Assembly: GCA_963803975.1 (NCBI GenBank)
Contig: CAWDOY010000017.1
Coordinates: forward strand, 649 to 64,648
Length of the DNA stretch: 64,000 nucleotides
Source: an uncultured delta proteobacterium
GTDB taxonomy: Bacteria > Desulfobacterota > WTBG01 > CAIYCZ01
Reading direction: 5' to 3'
Shown here piece after piece: positions 27,987 through 38,772 of the stretch (within the stretch, counting starts at the first letter, position 1; every line of letters begins with the position of its first letter). The notes under the pieces were generated by a model, which was not told the origin of the DNA, did no database searches, and was given only the letters and a program-made list of their open reading frames with translations. Made by a program: the position numbers and the translations under genes.

Positions 27987-29153
27987 CTACTCCATGGCCC
28001 CGGTAACGTGCTTCACGTAGTGCTGTATAACGGTTCCCAGGGAATAGGTGGTGACCGCGGCCTCGCGCGCCTTGCGCGCAAGCTCCCGGTGAAGCGCACT
28101 ATCAGCCAGCAGCCGCTTGATCGCCGCGGTAAGGGCCGGGACATCGTCCGGCGGAACCAGTATGCCGTGCGCACCGATCCAGTATCCCCCCGGCTCAGGG
28201 CGCTGCTGCTCTGGCAGGCCGATGACATCAGTGATACCCCCCACGCGTGAGGCGACAACAGGCACTCCGCACGCCATTGCTTCAAGCAGAACCAGCGGCA
28301 TCCCTTCGGAATATGACGGCATAACGATCAGATATGAGCGCTGATAATAGGGGACAACAGCGTGCGCATCTGGTATTTCCCCGATAAACGTAATGCGGTC
28401 ATTCAGCCCGCGGGCAAGCACCAGTTCCTCCAGGGAAGACCTCTGTTCACCGCCGCCCACCACAAATGCTTTGAACTCCGGGTTGGTTTGCCGCAACAGT
28501 GTCAGCCCCTCGATAAAGAGCTCAACGCCTTTACCTCTTGTAAGCCTTCCGATATAGCTTATAATCGGGATGTCTTCGTCTTTCAAATGAGCCGCAGGGG
28601 AAAATGTTTCCGTATCGACCGAGTTGGGAATCCGAAAAACTTTTTTCACCGGAAACCCTCGGGCCAGCAGTTCCTCCTCAATTTGCCGGCTGATTGCAAT
28701 AATCCCGTCAGCCCGGCAGGCACACCTGATGGTGAGCGCTCCCCACGAAAGCTGTGCGGCTTTCAAGAGGTCTCCGGTTCCCCCCCCTGATTCCAAGCGT
28801 ACCAGGACCCTCTTTCCGGTTAAAAACCTGAAAAGAACCGCTGGGGCAATATAGAGGTAGAGCCCGAAACAGCACATGACATCAAAGTTTTTTCGGTACC
28901 GGAAAAGAAGAATAAGAACCGAAAGCATGTAGCTCAGCTCATACCAGTGCCAGCCGCGTATTTTTCGGTACACCGGAACGCCATCGATAAGCTCGTAGGC
29001 GGGGAGGTCTTCCCGGTATTGCGTCAACACAGAGACCTCATGTCCCGTCTTTTTAAGCTGTTTTGCAATCTTGCGGCACTCCTGCTCCGCCCCCCCGATA
29101 GAAGGATAAAACTGGGCGATAATCATCATTATTTTTGGTTTGGCTGTATCCAC
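27987..29153 (-). CDS. glycosyltransferase family 4 (GT-B)
   Basis: FYPSIGGAEQ N-term; EGMPLVLLEAMACGVPVVASRVGG C-term. Confidence 0.85.
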   Translation of the reverse strand: MDTAKPKIMMIIAQFYPSIGGAEQECRKIAKQLKKTGHEVSVLTQYREDLPAYELIDGVPVYRKIRGWHWYELSYMLSVLILLFRYRKNFDVMCCFGLYLYIAPAVLFRFLTGKRVLVRLESGGGTGDLLKAAQLSWGALTIRCACRADGIIAISRQIEEELLARGFPVKKVFRIPNSVDTETFSPAAHLKDEDIPIISYIGRLTRGKGVELFIEGLTLLRQTNPEFKAFVVGGGEQRSSLEELVLARGLNDRITFIGEIPDAHAVVPYYQRSYLIVMPSYSEGMPLVLLEAMACGVPVVASRVGGITDVIGLPEQQRPEPGGYWIGAHGILVPPDDVPALTAAIKRLLADSALHRELARKAREAAVTTYSLGTVIQHYVKHVTGAME

Positions 29154-29186
29154 ACCGACAGACTCAAAATATTTTTTACTGAATTG

Positions 29187-30233
29187 TTACTGCTGTACAA
29201 GACCGTTGTAGAGATTCCGCATTTTTTCTGCTATCACCTGCCAGTCAAACTGCTGCGCCACACTCCGTGCTCCCCGGGACATCTCTTCCAGACGCTGTTT
29301 GTCGGTGATAAGGGCAAGTACTGCATCCGCCATCCCCTGAACATCATCCGGGTCAACTAAAACAGCACACGTTCTATTTACATACAGGCCAAGCCCGCCC
29401 ACCCGGGTTGCTACGACAGGCAGGCCGCAGGCCATCGCCTCGAGAACGGCGTTATTTGCGGTGCAGTCATGCATCGGCATGAGAAGCACATCGGCAGCGC
29501 CATACAGGCCAAGCAGCTCATCTTCGGAAATTGATGAATAAAGGCTGACATTGCGCAGGCCTGCGAAATGAGCAAACTGGTCCTTAAAGGTTATGATGGA
29601 AAAAAAGATGTTTTGTTCCTGGCTGCAGATGTTCTCGATCACTGCCCGCAGCATCTTAAAATTGCGCAGGTGAACGCCCACAAAAATACAGCGCCGGGGC
29701 CGGCCTGCAGTAGCTGCTTTTGGATGAAAGAATTCCGTATCAACCCCGTGCGGGATGAGGTGCACCTTGCCGGGGTCAATAATAGTTTTAAACAGTTCTT
29801 CCTGATTCGGGGCCACAATAACAGCAGCGTCAAGCGTCTTGAGGTGACGCCTTCCACGGGTTATGTTTAGAAATTTTTCCGGCGGCATGTGAAATGACGC
29901 GACTATTTTATTGCCCTTCCGCGGATTCAGGTAGCCCGCGTAATGAAACGAGTCTTCACCGTACAAAAAGTGAAAAACCTGGCCGGACGCATATAAAAAG
30001 TCCGGGATTTGCTGCAGCTCCATCTTCAGGGCTGTGGAGTTGTACCAGTTACCGGCGGTTCGTCGCAGGTTAGCAAGCACCCACTCCGGTAGCCGGTCGA
30101 GCACCCGGCGGAAACGGTTAGGCTGAACGACCCGGCTTTCAATATAGCGTGTCAGCTGATCATAGCCGGAGTGAGTAGCATGGTGTGACACCCGGTTAAC
30201 TATGTAGCGTATTGCGGGTGCAGCCTGTTTCAT
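29187..30233 (-). CDS. glycosyltransferase family 4 (GT-B)
   Basis: C-terminal LEAMACGLPVVATRVGG motif region. Confidence 0.8.
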   Translation of the reverse strand: MKQAAPAIRYIVNRVSHHATHSGYDQLTRYIESRVVQPNRFRRVLDRLPEWVLANLRRTAGNWYNSTALKMELQQIPDFLYASGQVFHFLYGEDSFHYAGYLNPRKGNKIVASFHMPPEKFLNITRGRRHLKTLDAAVIVAPNQEELFKTIIDPGKVHLIPHGVDTEFFHPKAATAGRPRRCIFVGVHLRNFKMLRAVIENICSQEQNIFFSIITFKDQFAHFAGLRNVSLYSSISEDELLGLYGAADVLLMPMHDCTANNAVLEAMACGLPVVATRVGGLGLYVNRTCAVLVDPDDVQGMADAVLALITDKQRLEEMSRGARSVAQQFDWQVIAEKMRNLYNGLVQQ

Positions 30234-31153
30234 TTCTGGTAGAGCCTCAGCCTTTGTTTCAGTTTTCCTGCGATAAAAAATAGTGTGAACAGGTCCTCTG
30301 CACTGAGCCTGGTTTCCTTTACAAAAATATGCCGGATTGACCCTTTGAGCGTCCCTGCCAGATCGCGCATTTCTCTACGCCAGGCATGATGTTGTCGCAC
30401 ACCCGTTTTCTGCTCTACCATAACATTTGATTTGCCCTGGGCATAGGCTCGTTTCAGCAGGTACTTTTTACTCATCCGTTCCGGAAGAACCGTGTGGTGC
30501 ACAACAGCCTGCGGAGCATAGTACACCTGTTTCCCTCTCTGCTCTATCAGGCGGCACAGATACACTTCTTCGCTCGAGAGCAGGCGCGCGCGGGTTCGGC
30601 CAAGCGCCTCATTAAATCCGCCAAGTTCCAGAAACAGTTGCCTGGGGACCGAAAAATTCCCTCCAAACGGTGTTTTCGGATAGCGAAGCGCCTGTATTTC
30701 GTCTCCATAGTCAAGCGCCCCGTAGCTTTGCTCAAGATTAGGTGAGAGCCAGGCGGGTTTCTCAACAGGCCACGTTAGTTTGATTTTTCCGCCCACAACA
30801 CCGGCATCAGGAAATTGCCGGTAAACGCTCATAAGACCCTGCAGCCAGCCCTTATCTGCTACAGCATCATCATCCGTGAACGCTACAATTGAGCCACGGG
30901 CTTCCTGCGCACCACGGTTCCGGGCAAACGAAAGCCCCTGCTTTAATTCTTTTACATAGCGGATGACCGGCTCAGACCTGTTGCAGTATGATGCCGCCAG
31001 TTCCGGGGTCTTGTCATGGGAATTATTATCGACGATGATAATTTCAAATGAATCTGCCGGCAGGTCCTGACATATCAGACTGTCAAGAGCCGCTTTGAGG
31101 TATGCACATCTATTATAGGCAGCTATGACTACCGAGATTGTGGTTGGGGCCAT
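30230..31153 (-). CDS. glycosyltransferase family 2
   Basis: ISVVIAAYNRCAYLKAALDSL...IIVDNNSHD..; start chosen at internal ATG (MAPTTISVV). Confidence 0.75.
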   Translation of the reverse strand: MAPTTISVVIAAYNRCAYLKAALDSLICQDLPADSFEIIIVDNNSHDKTPELAASYCNRSEPVIRYVKELKQGLSFARNRGAQEARGSIVAFTDDDAVADKGWLQGLMSVYRQFPDAGVVGGKIKLTWPVEKPAWLSPNLEQSYGALDYGDEIQALRYPKTPFGGNFSVPRQLFLELGGFNEALGRTRARLLSSEEVYLCRLIEQRGKQVYYAPQAVVHHTVLPERMSKKYLLKRAYAQGKSNVMVEQKTGVRQHHAWRREMRDLAGTLKGSIRHIFVKETRLSAEDLFTLFFIAGKLKQRLRLYQK

Positions 31154-31325
31154 AGGGTAACTCAATGAATTATGAATATGTGCGGCAGGAGCCGTTTCCT
31201 GGCTGCATGAATTTTCTCGGACAGCTTTTTCCCGAGGAACGATTTTATATACGGCACAATCAGCCGTACGGGCACCGTCGGAAAGGCGAACCTGCATGCG
31301 CTGCTGACACATCTTCGAAACTGTT

Positions 31326-32312
31326 TCATATTACCCTGGTGATAATATTCCCAGGCAAGCTGAAGGTACTGAGCTGTATATGCTTTTTTTTATCCTGCCT
31401 GTTATGGCACTGATCTCCGCTCGTCCAGAACTGACTGAACACGGCAAACACGGCACGCTCTTTTTGCTGCGCGTCAGCTCCATGGATGAATAGTTTCTGT
31501 GTCGGACCGTGGGTCAGGGCCAGATGTAACAGCCGTTTGAAGGAATCGTGATCTCCGTTTCGGTAGTAGTTCCATGCCAGATTGACGCAATTGTTACTGT
31601 AGCTTCTGTGCATGAGGTTCCCCTCAAGCTGGTTTTCCTGCCAGTGATCCTCTAAAATCCTCATCACTGCCTGCTCCATCGCCCGGCCGTTTTGAGATAA
31701 ACCCTGGTCATGAGTAACGTATTGAACGAGCGGATCTTCAACAAAGTCAACCTTGTATTTTCTGCTTATGCGAATCCAATATTCATAATCTTCTGCCGGC
31801 GAATATCTGCCCTGGAAAAAACCAATCTGTTCTACACACTCTCTTTTGATGACAACGGAAGATGCTCCCATTTGATTCCCAAGCACAAGATCATAATAAA
31901 TCATGCCCTTACAGGCCGGCTTAACCTGCCCTAATATTTCTCCCTGCATATCAAGAGTTGTGTATCCACAATAGACTAACCCGACATCAGTATCCGACTG
32001 AAATATGTTCATCTGCGCATCAAGTTTAGCCGGCATCCAGGTGTCATCACTATCTAAAAAAGCAATATACTCGCCCCGCGACTCTTGTATGCCTGCGTTG
32101 CGTGCACCCGCCACTCCCCTGTTTTCCTGGTAGAAGTATCGTATCTTATCCCGGTATTTTTGAACCAGCAGTTCCTGGGTATTATCACTGCTTCCATCAT
32201 CAATGACAATTATTTCTATATCCTTATACGTTTGATTAAGAGCACTATCTATGGCTTTGCAAACCATAAATTTTCTATTGAAGGTAGGGATTATAATACT
32301 GACTATTGACAT
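31326..32312 (-). CDS. glycosyltransferase family 2
   Basis: VSIIIPTFNRKFMVCKAIDSALNQTYKDIEIIVIDDGSSDNT ... FLDSDD. Confidence 0.8.
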   Translation of the reverse strand: MSIVSIIIPTFNRKFMVCKAIDSALNQTYKDIEIIVIDDGSSDNTQELLVQKYRDKIRYFYQENRGVAGARNAGIQESRGEYIAFLDSDDTWMPAKLDAQMNIFQSDTDVGLVYCGYTTLDMQGEILGQVKPACKGMIYYDLVLGNQMGASSVVIKRECVEQIGFFQGRYSPAEDYEYWIRISRKYKVDFVEDPLVQYVTHDQGLSQNGRAMEQAVMRILEDHWQENQLEGNLMHRSYSNNCVNLAWNYYRNGDHDSFKRLLHLALTHGPTQKLFIHGADAQQKERAVFAVFSQFWTSGDQCHNRQDKKKHIQLSTFSLPGNIITRVI

Positions 32313-32428
32313 GTTAATTCAGGAGCATCGAAACTGTACTCATTCTTATCTTATAATGGAAGTGCTGCTTTTCGCGCACAGCACGGGGCATTCCGGTAAT
32401 TACTATTGACGTATTATTTCGTACCAAT

Positions 32429-33790
32429 TTATCCCCCCTCAAGGGTGCGCATCACTTTATCAAAATTTTCAGACAAGTCGTCTGCCACCAGCTCTTCAAA
32501 AAATAGTGCATACGCAAATTCTAAAGCTTGTTCTTGTATTCGACTGCGGAGTGAAGTGTCCATGGATGATATACAGGCATCAGAAATTACACTCTTGAAA
32601 GCCGAAGGATGAGATATATCCCAAGTAAATCCTTTATGTCCATAAAATGCTTCTCCAACAGTTACTACCGGTTTCCCCAGCATGGCCATTTCAAGCCCTG
32701 CTTGTGAAACTTCAGTTATTCCGACTCTCGCTACATCCATAAGGGTATAGGTATTATAAACCTTTTCTGCTACAATGCGGACATTTTCACGCGAAAAATA
32801 TCCGCGTCGCTCCAATTCCTGTTTTGTCTCATTGTTAAATTTAAAACCGCCCGGTGAAAATCCCCCAGCTTCTTTAGGATGCAGCCGGACCACCAAAATC
32901 CAATCCTTCAAGTCAGCTGCAAAGAGGTCAATCACATCGGCAATGAAATCAACAGAATCGTTATATAAGGGAGAGTCATAGATGACTGAGGTGTCATTTC
33001 TTACATGTGCCAGCAGCAGGGCAATGGGTTTTTCAACAGGAAGGCAAAGCTGTTGCCTGATTTTTTCATGATCATCTATGCCGCCGGTTCTATGCTGGTC
33101 AGTTTTCTGGGAAATCTCGCTCCGCCAGGTATCTAATGCCTTTTGGCGCTGTTCTGCGGTAAATATACGTGTCTCCAGGAGTTCGCGCCCGCATTTTGCT
33201 AAACGATGCCGATTGATGATCATCCCGGTTGTGTTATCAAAAAAAAGATAACCGGGGCGTAAAGAATTAGTGCCTAAAGCAATTGCCCGGACATTGCAGA
33301 ACCGTGCCGTTTCAACAATGGCCCTGCTGAAAGCACGCGCTCCCTCGTATACTATTACCGCCTTGGGTTGCACGCGCTTAAAAAAATCAGGGAGGCATTT
33401 CATAACACAGAGAATTTCAGCAAGGATTTCTGTTGCTTTTTCCAGATGAGATTCATTCATCTGCTTTTCATGGGCAAGATTCAGGTTCACTATAATGTCA
33501 CCCTTTGCAATCTGCCACAGGTTGAACCCATGGTAATGTGCATGCATGAGATTATCAACTGATCGTATCTGTCCTGCCAAGTAGTTTTTTGCCCAGAGCA
33601 AATCCTGTTGCGATATGATGTCATCTTTCTCAATATGCATAAGGCAGTATTTCTTATTGAATTTTGCATGGTGCGACAACCTCGTGAGAAAAAGCTTGAA
33701 ATCCCACTGGTACCAGTCCATTTCAAGGACGATATCCCGCCTTTCAAGACGGGCGATAATTTTTCTTAACCTGCAGAATAAGGGGGACAT
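32429..33790 (-). CDS. capsule-polysaccharide-biosynthesis-family protein (KpsS/KpsC-like), tentative
   Basis: 453 aa soluble protein in glycan locus with LVVRLHPKE region; assignment from recalled family pattern only. Confidence 0.4.
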   Translation of the reverse strand: MSPLFCRLRKIIARLERRDIVLEMDWYQWDFKLFLTRLSHHAKFNKKYCLMHIEKDDIISQQDLLWAKNYLAGQIRSVDNLMHAHYHGFNLWQIAKGDIIVNLNLAHEKQMNESHLEKATEILAEILCVMKCLPDFFKRVQPKAVIVYEGARAFSRAIVETARFCNVRAIALGTNSLRPGYLFFDNTTGMIINRHRLAKCGRELLETRIFTAEQRQKALDTWRSEISQKTDQHRTGGIDDHEKIRQQLCLPVEKPIALLLAHVRNDTSVIYDSPLYNDSVDFIADVIDLFAADLKDWILVVRLHPKEAGGFSPGGFKFNNETKQELERRGYFSRENVRIVAEKVYNTYTLMDVARVGITEVSQAGLEMAMLGKPVVTVGEAFYGHKGFTWDISHPSAFKSVISDACISSMDTSLRSRIQEQALEFAYALFFEELVADDLSENFDKVMRTLEGG

Positions 33791-33979
33791 TTTAAAAGCA
33801 CTCGTCCGGTTAGGGTGATTTCCAGTCTTTCCTTTTATTTTTGACGCAGGCCGAAAAGCTTCACAGCTGCAGTGACCTATTGAGAGGGGGGCAATATAGT
33901 TCCCCTGGTAATTTTAGGTGTGTCCTCGGCATCCGCTGCATCATCAAATGAACTACAGAACAGGGATAACGTTAAAGGT

Positions 33980-36667
33980 TTATAAATTTTTCTCTCTAAG
34001 CCATGCATAGATTACTTCCCCTGCCATTGGTTCCAGGGCTTTGTAGGTTTGCGCTATTTTTTTCCTTATTTCTTGCTGGTTGTCAAAGAGATACCGCATT
34101 TTTTCTATTATCTCTGCTCCTAAATGTTCCGGGGCGCACTGTATAAGGCAGTTTTCCATATCAAAGATTTTTAATGCCCCCTTGTTTTTATGAAAATAGT
34201 AATCATCAAAAGCCATCGCTATCGTTGGAACACTGCCGCCCATCGCAAATATTATCGGATGATGTTTCATGGTGAGACAAAACGCAGCGCAACGGATTGT
34301 GTCAATTGCTGCATCAATATCGTACCCATGAGCAATGGTTGCCGATGGTTGCTGCATGAATCGCGCAGCTTCATGTATTGCCGCCTCATCCGAACTGGAC
34401 ATGGGAATAAACGCAACCTGCACATCGAGGGATGCGCTGATGCTGTCAAGTGCACCGGCAATTTGCTGCATAATATCACGGGAACTGTCAGGAGACTGCC
34501 CCCAATAGTGTACATTGACTGCAATATAGGGCTTCGTAAAACTGAAGCCATTATTTGCCGACACAACGCGCGGAATGACTTTTGAGGCAACTTTATAATA
34601 CAGAGCATCATCGAAGGTGCTTTTAAATTTTGATGGCGGTACGCCGATTTGTTCAAGTGCTTTGCCGGAATCTTCCGGATCTCTGAGATAAATGCGCTGG
34701 GCTTTTTTAAATCCCCATCGTGATAGACTTCTGCTGGTGCGGTCTTTGAAGACACCTATGGTCTGGCCGGAAAGAATGGTCGGCACACCAAGCAGATCGG
34801 CCAGTCGCATGAGCAGCATATGGTCCCAAAGGCGAGACAGCGTCATTCCTGTCAAATAGCCTCCGCCGGATAAAAACAGCACGTCAGCATTATGCAGTTC
34901 ATCGAGCAAACGCGCCTGACGCGCAGTAACTCCAAAGACCGGAAGGCCTGCCCGCATCAGTCGCGCATTAAAGAGCAAAAGAGCAGCTACGGGGAAAAAC
35001 AGTTTTTTAAACAATTTTTCATTGCCAAAATAACTTTTATCTCCCCACCCAAAAAAAGCAGTGCGTGGAGCAAGCTCAGCAGAAACCTGCGGGTGGGTTT
35101 TCTGCGTGTACGATACATCAGGCGTCAGCACCGTAATCCGGGCACCAGGTGCAGCCTTTTTCCAGTGCTGAATATTTGCGGCAAGCTGTGCTTCATCCCC
35201 AATATTTCCATAGCCGTAGCCCCCGGCAATAAGCACTTTAAGTGATAGCTTCCCTTCAGCGCGGGATTTTTGCGGAGGCAAAAGACCCAAAAAACGAAAA
35301 AAAATTTTTAGAGCTGTTTTAAGAATTAGCCAGAGCTGGCGCAGCGAACGATAGATAAAGTTTATGGTTTCCTTCGCCAGAGAGTATCCATGCTTATGGA
35401 AATTACTGAAAAAAATCAGGCTGTTGACCGGGACAGCGCCAAAACGGGTGAAGCAGAACCGCGATACTTTGATGAGCCCTAAGAGCCGGAAATATTCCAA
35501 TGAATGTCGACTAATTAATCGACGATTTTTTAACCCGATTTGGTTGTTTTTATTCACCTCATGCCAGATAGCCTTTTTCCTGGCAATCCTATCCTTTATC
35601 GCTCTATGTTTAAATACCGCTGTGCCTGGCTGTGAATTATACACCTCGTCTTCATTGCAGGGCTCAAGACTTAAAATTGATTCATGATGAAGTTTCTCCA
35701 GTATGGGTAAAAGCATGCGGTTCCTGACAACAAGCAAGGATATTCCCCGGGGGTCCTTGCTGAGGCGCCCCCATGCATCTTTTACGGAAAGATCTGCATC
35801 AGCTCCATAAAAATCAGGGCAATAGAGACAGCTTTCAAGGGCGAAAAAATAATTGCGCCACATCGAAGTAAATGGGGCAAGAAACCTGTTTTTTCGGATT
35901 TCGCGGTCAGCGAGTTTGAAAAAGATATTAAAGTTATCGGCGTCAGGTATGTTGAGCTTATCCCGCAGGTTAACAAAAAAACGTTCTCCCCTCGTGATGC
36001 CCTGTTGCCGTGCCAGTTGGTCGATGAATGCCCCCGTCACATTGTGGCTGCATGCAAGGGCAATGGAAAATTTTATTTTTTCTCGCAATGAACGGGGAAG
36101 CAGTTTTATTCCGCGGACCACGCAGGGCACACCGACTAATACATACGAGCCCTCACGGTTTTTTATGTGTTTCAGAGCATCGTGATAGGTGAGGGGGTGA
36201 TAATGCGAACTTCGACAGCTTGTTATCTGCTCGGCTGTGGTAATAACATCGAGGCTATAGTGGGGGTTTCCGATGCTGGCGCACAGAGGGGTTGAGCACA
36301 GAACACCATCAATGTCATGCGATTTAAGAAGATGGGTCAGAAGCAGCGAGACAACACCACCCGAGGCGCTTTTCATGCGATTGTCTGCATTGAGGTCAAA
36401 GCTTATGAAGTAATTGGCGTTTTTTAAACCAAACTTCTCCCCATCCACCGCTGCCTTCCCGGCATACTCTGCGATTACTTCAGGTGATTGAGGACATACT
36501 TCATAGCACTTGCCGCATTGCGTACAGCCCGCAGCTGAAACAGCAGGGTTCCATATGCCGCAGGATTTCCACTCCATGGCAATGTTATCATCTGGGCACG
36601 ATGCGGTGCATAGTCCGCAGCCGGTACAAAGATTGTTTTTTATAATTTCTTTTATTGTGAAGGGCAT
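33980..36667 (-). CDS. fusion protein: coenzyme F420-hydrogenase/dehydrogenase beta-subunit-like Fe-S/flavin domain + polysaccharide pyruvyl transferase (CsaB/WcaK-like)
   Basis: N-term two 4Fe-4S motifs CTGCGLCTASCP / CTQCGKCYEVCP and FrhB-like region; C-half KVLIAGGYGYGNIGDEAQLAANIQHW... pyruvyl-transferase pattern; 895 aa. Confidence 0.65.
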   Translation of the reverse strand: MPFTIKEIIKNNLCTGCGLCTASCPDDNIAMEWKSCGIWNPAVSAAGCTQCGKCYEVCPQSPEVIAEYAGKAAVDGEKFGLKNANYFISFDLNADNRMKSASGGVVSLLLTHLLKSHDIDGVLCSTPLCASIGNPHYSLDVITTAEQITSCRSSHYHPLTYHDALKHIKNREGSYVLVGVPCVVRGIKLLPRSLREKIKFSIALACSHNVTGAFIDQLARQQGITRGERFFVNLRDKLNIPDADNFNIFFKLADREIRKNRFLAPFTSMWRNYFFALESCLYCPDFYGADADLSVKDAWGRLSKDPRGISLLVVRNRMLLPILEKLHHESILSLEPCNEDEVYNSQPGTAVFKHRAIKDRIARKKAIWHEVNKNNQIGLKNRRLISRHSLEYFRLLGLIKVSRFCFTRFGAVPVNSLIFFSNFHKHGYSLAKETINFIYRSLRQLWLILKTALKIFFRFLGLLPPQKSRAEGKLSLKVLIAGGYGYGNIGDEAQLAANIQHWKKAAPGARITVLTPDVSYTQKTHPQVSAELAPRTAFFGWGDKSYFGNEKLFKKLFFPVAALLLFNARLMRAGLPVFGVTARQARLLDELHNADVLFLSGGGYLTGMTLSRLWDHMLLMRLADLLGVPTILSGQTIGVFKDRTSRSLSRWGFKKAQRIYLRDPEDSGKALEQIGVPPSKFKSTFDDALYYKVASKVIPRVVSANNGFSFTKPYIAVNVHYWGQSPDSSRDIMQQIAGALDSISASLDVQVAFIPMSSSDEAAIHEAARFMQQPSATIAHGYDIDAAIDTIRCAAFCLTMKHHPIIFAMGGSVPTIAMAFDDYYFHKNKGALKIFDMENCLIQCAPEHLGAEIIEKMRYLFDNQQEIRKKIAQTYKALEPMAGEVIYAWLREKNL

Positions 36668-37593
36668 TCTTTTTTTCTAATAACAGCAACGAGGTGGGTG
36701 CCACCATGGATTTTTGCACAAAAATAGGTGCCAAATAAATCGAAAGCTTTGCTCCAAAATGAAGCTGGCCGGTAGTATGGTGAAAATGTCGTATCAGTTA
36801 AAGGACGGGTTATAATTGTGGATATATATTTTTTATTATCAATGATGTTCTGGATGCCCTTTTGAGTTATTGCCCATAGATGCCTTGGCGGATCTATACC
36901 ATGCAGCATATCGCCGAATATCAGCCGTTGAACCACGTTTGATTTAGCCATATGGCTTGATCGACTGATTGTATTGATTCTCATTGCGATATTGGATTGG
37001 GGATGTGCAAGATATTCAAGGGAGTTACCATTTGGGCACATCAAAAGCAGCAGGCCGTTTTCTGAAAGAGCCGTTAAGATTTTCGTGATAAAGAAAGTAG
37101 GGTTCGGCAAATGCTCAATGACATGCCGGCACATTATAAAGTCATATTTTTTTTTGCCATAGCATAACTGTGTTGCATCTCCATGCAACACCGTGTCGAT
37201 CCCGCTGCTCTTTGCAAACGTGCATGCTTTTTCATCAAGGTCAACATAGGTGCTTTCCCCGCAGAAAAGTTCCTTAAATGCTTTTGCATAGAATCCGCCA
37301 CCACCTCCCACATCAAGCATCGCATGATTCTTGTTTGGATGGAATCCCAATAGCGGGAAAAGTCTTTTTGCGCTTGCAAGTACCGGCTGATAATAGTTCG
37401 GGCTGGCAGAAAATAAAAAACCGGAATAAAATTTTTTCAATGTGTCTTCCCTTGGCATCGGATAGGCTTGTCCTGTGCCACAGGACAAACACTTATAGAT
37501 GCTGTAGCTATTCATTTTATAGACAAAGCGGCAGACGTCTTTGCAGAACGGGCAGCATACTTTATGGGATATTATTGTTGTATCTGCTTCCAT
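36652..37593 (-). CDS. class I SAM-dependent methyltransferase with N-terminal Zn-ribbon
   Basis: CPFCKDVC...CLSCG; LDVGGGGGFYAKAF motif I. Confidence 0.7.
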   Translation of the reverse strand: MEADTTIISHKVCCPFCKDVCRFVYKMNSYSIYKCLSCGTGQAYPMPREDTLKKFYSGFLFSASPNYYQPVLASAKRLFPLLGFHPNKNHAMLDVGGGGGFYAKAFKELFCGESTYVDLDEKACTFAKSSGIDTVLHGDATQLCYGKKKYDFIMCRHVIEHLPNPTFFITKILTALSENGLLLLMCPNGNSLEYLAHPQSNIAMRINTISRSSHMAKSNVVQRLIFGDMLHGIDPPRHLWAITQKGIQNIIDNKKYISTIITRPLTDTTFSPYYRPASFWSKAFDLFGTYFCAKIHGGTHLVAVIRKKECPSQ

Positions 37594-38768
37594 ACAGCGT
37601 TAAATTGAATGGGCGCGCCGCCCTGAAAATCTCCCTTTATGATTACTTTCCTTGCACCAAACATCCATAAGAGATGCTTCATGTTGCTTTTATCAAAAAT
37701 TATCACATTCATGTAATATGTTCCAGGGTTTAGCGTCAGGTTCTGAATAGTAACGCTCACCGTGCTTCGTTTTCCGCTGTTTGTTAATATGGTATTATTA
37801 TATTTCGAATGACACTGAGCGATGAGGTTTGTGTCGGCGGTCATAAAAGTTATTGATACAAGAAATTCCTCATAGTTTCCCGCAACCTGAACGTCAAACA
37901 TGATGCACATACCCTCAGTGTACATGAAGGTATCAGTTGCCATATTGTGCGCATTAAGGAGCCTGAGGTTTTCAATGTGCGCATCGCCTGTTCCTGCAAT
38001 GGTCAGCTGGGTATCCGGGAACAAGCTATTATATTGTTCGATGCCGTGCGAAGGGTCGGATATTGATAGGGCGTTCCCATGATCCAGCACGAGCACTTTT
38101 GTGCACAGCTTTGCGATCTGGGGCATGTGGTGGGAAACAAAGACAACCGTGCAATTTTTCATTTTCTCGGCTATTTTCAGATAACACTTCGCCCGAAATC
38201 CAACGTCTCCGACCGCCAGCACTTCGTCTATGAGCAGGACATCTGGCTCCATGTGGGCAGCCACGGCAAAACCCAGCCGAACGTACATGCCGGAACTGTA
38301 ATGTTTAACCGGAGTATCAATAAAATCAGCCAGTTCAGAGAACGCTACAATTGCATCAAATTTTTGCTCTATCTCTTTTTTGCTGAAGCCAAGTATTGAA
38401 CCATTAATATAAATATTTTCCCGTCCCGTCAGCATGGGGTGAAAGCCTGCGCCCAACTCAATGAGGGCTCCGACGCGACCTTTAATTTCTATTGAGCCCC
38501 TATCAGGCATTAAAATTCCATTGAGCATTTTAAGAAGGGTGCTTTTACCGGAACCATTCGGGCCAATCAATCCAATGCACTCTCCCCGCCGCAATTCAAA
38601 CGAGACACCATCAACAGCCCAAAATTCGCCTGGTCGCAGATTAGTTTCTTTTGCATCAAGACTTAATACATTTTTTATAATATCCTCAACTCCATACAGC
38701 ATAGATCGTTTAAGGCTTTTGCAGAATTTTTTTGATACTCCTCCTGCTTTAACCAGTATTTCGGACAT
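37572..38768 (-). CDS. wzt: polysaccharide ABC exporter ATP-binding protein (Wzt/KpsT/TagH-like) with C-terminal extension domain
   Basis: Walker A GPNGSGKSTLLK, signature YSSGM, Walker B LLIDEVLAVGD; start at internal ATG (MSEILVKAGG). Confidence 0.8.
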   Translation of the reverse strand: MSEILVKAGGVSKKFCKSLKRSMLYGVEDIIKNVLSLDAKETNLRPGEFWAVDGVSFELRRGECIGLIGPNGSGKSTLLKMLNGILMPDRGSIEIKGRVGALIELGAGFHPMLTGRENIYINGSILGFSKKEIEQKFDAIVAFSELADFIDTPVKHYSSGMYVRLGFAVAAHMEPDVLLIDEVLAVGDVGFRAKCYLKIAEKMKNCTVVFVSHHMPQIAKLCTKVLVLDHGNALSISDPSHGIEQYNSLFPDTQLTIAGTGDAHIENLRLLNAHNMATDTFMYTEGMCIMFDVQVAGNYEEFLVSITFMTADTNLIAQCHSKYNNTILTNSGKRSTVSVTIQNLTLNPGTYYMNVIIFDKSNMKHLLWMFGARKVIIKGDFQGGAPIQFNAVWKQIQQ

Positions 38769-38772
38769 GATG

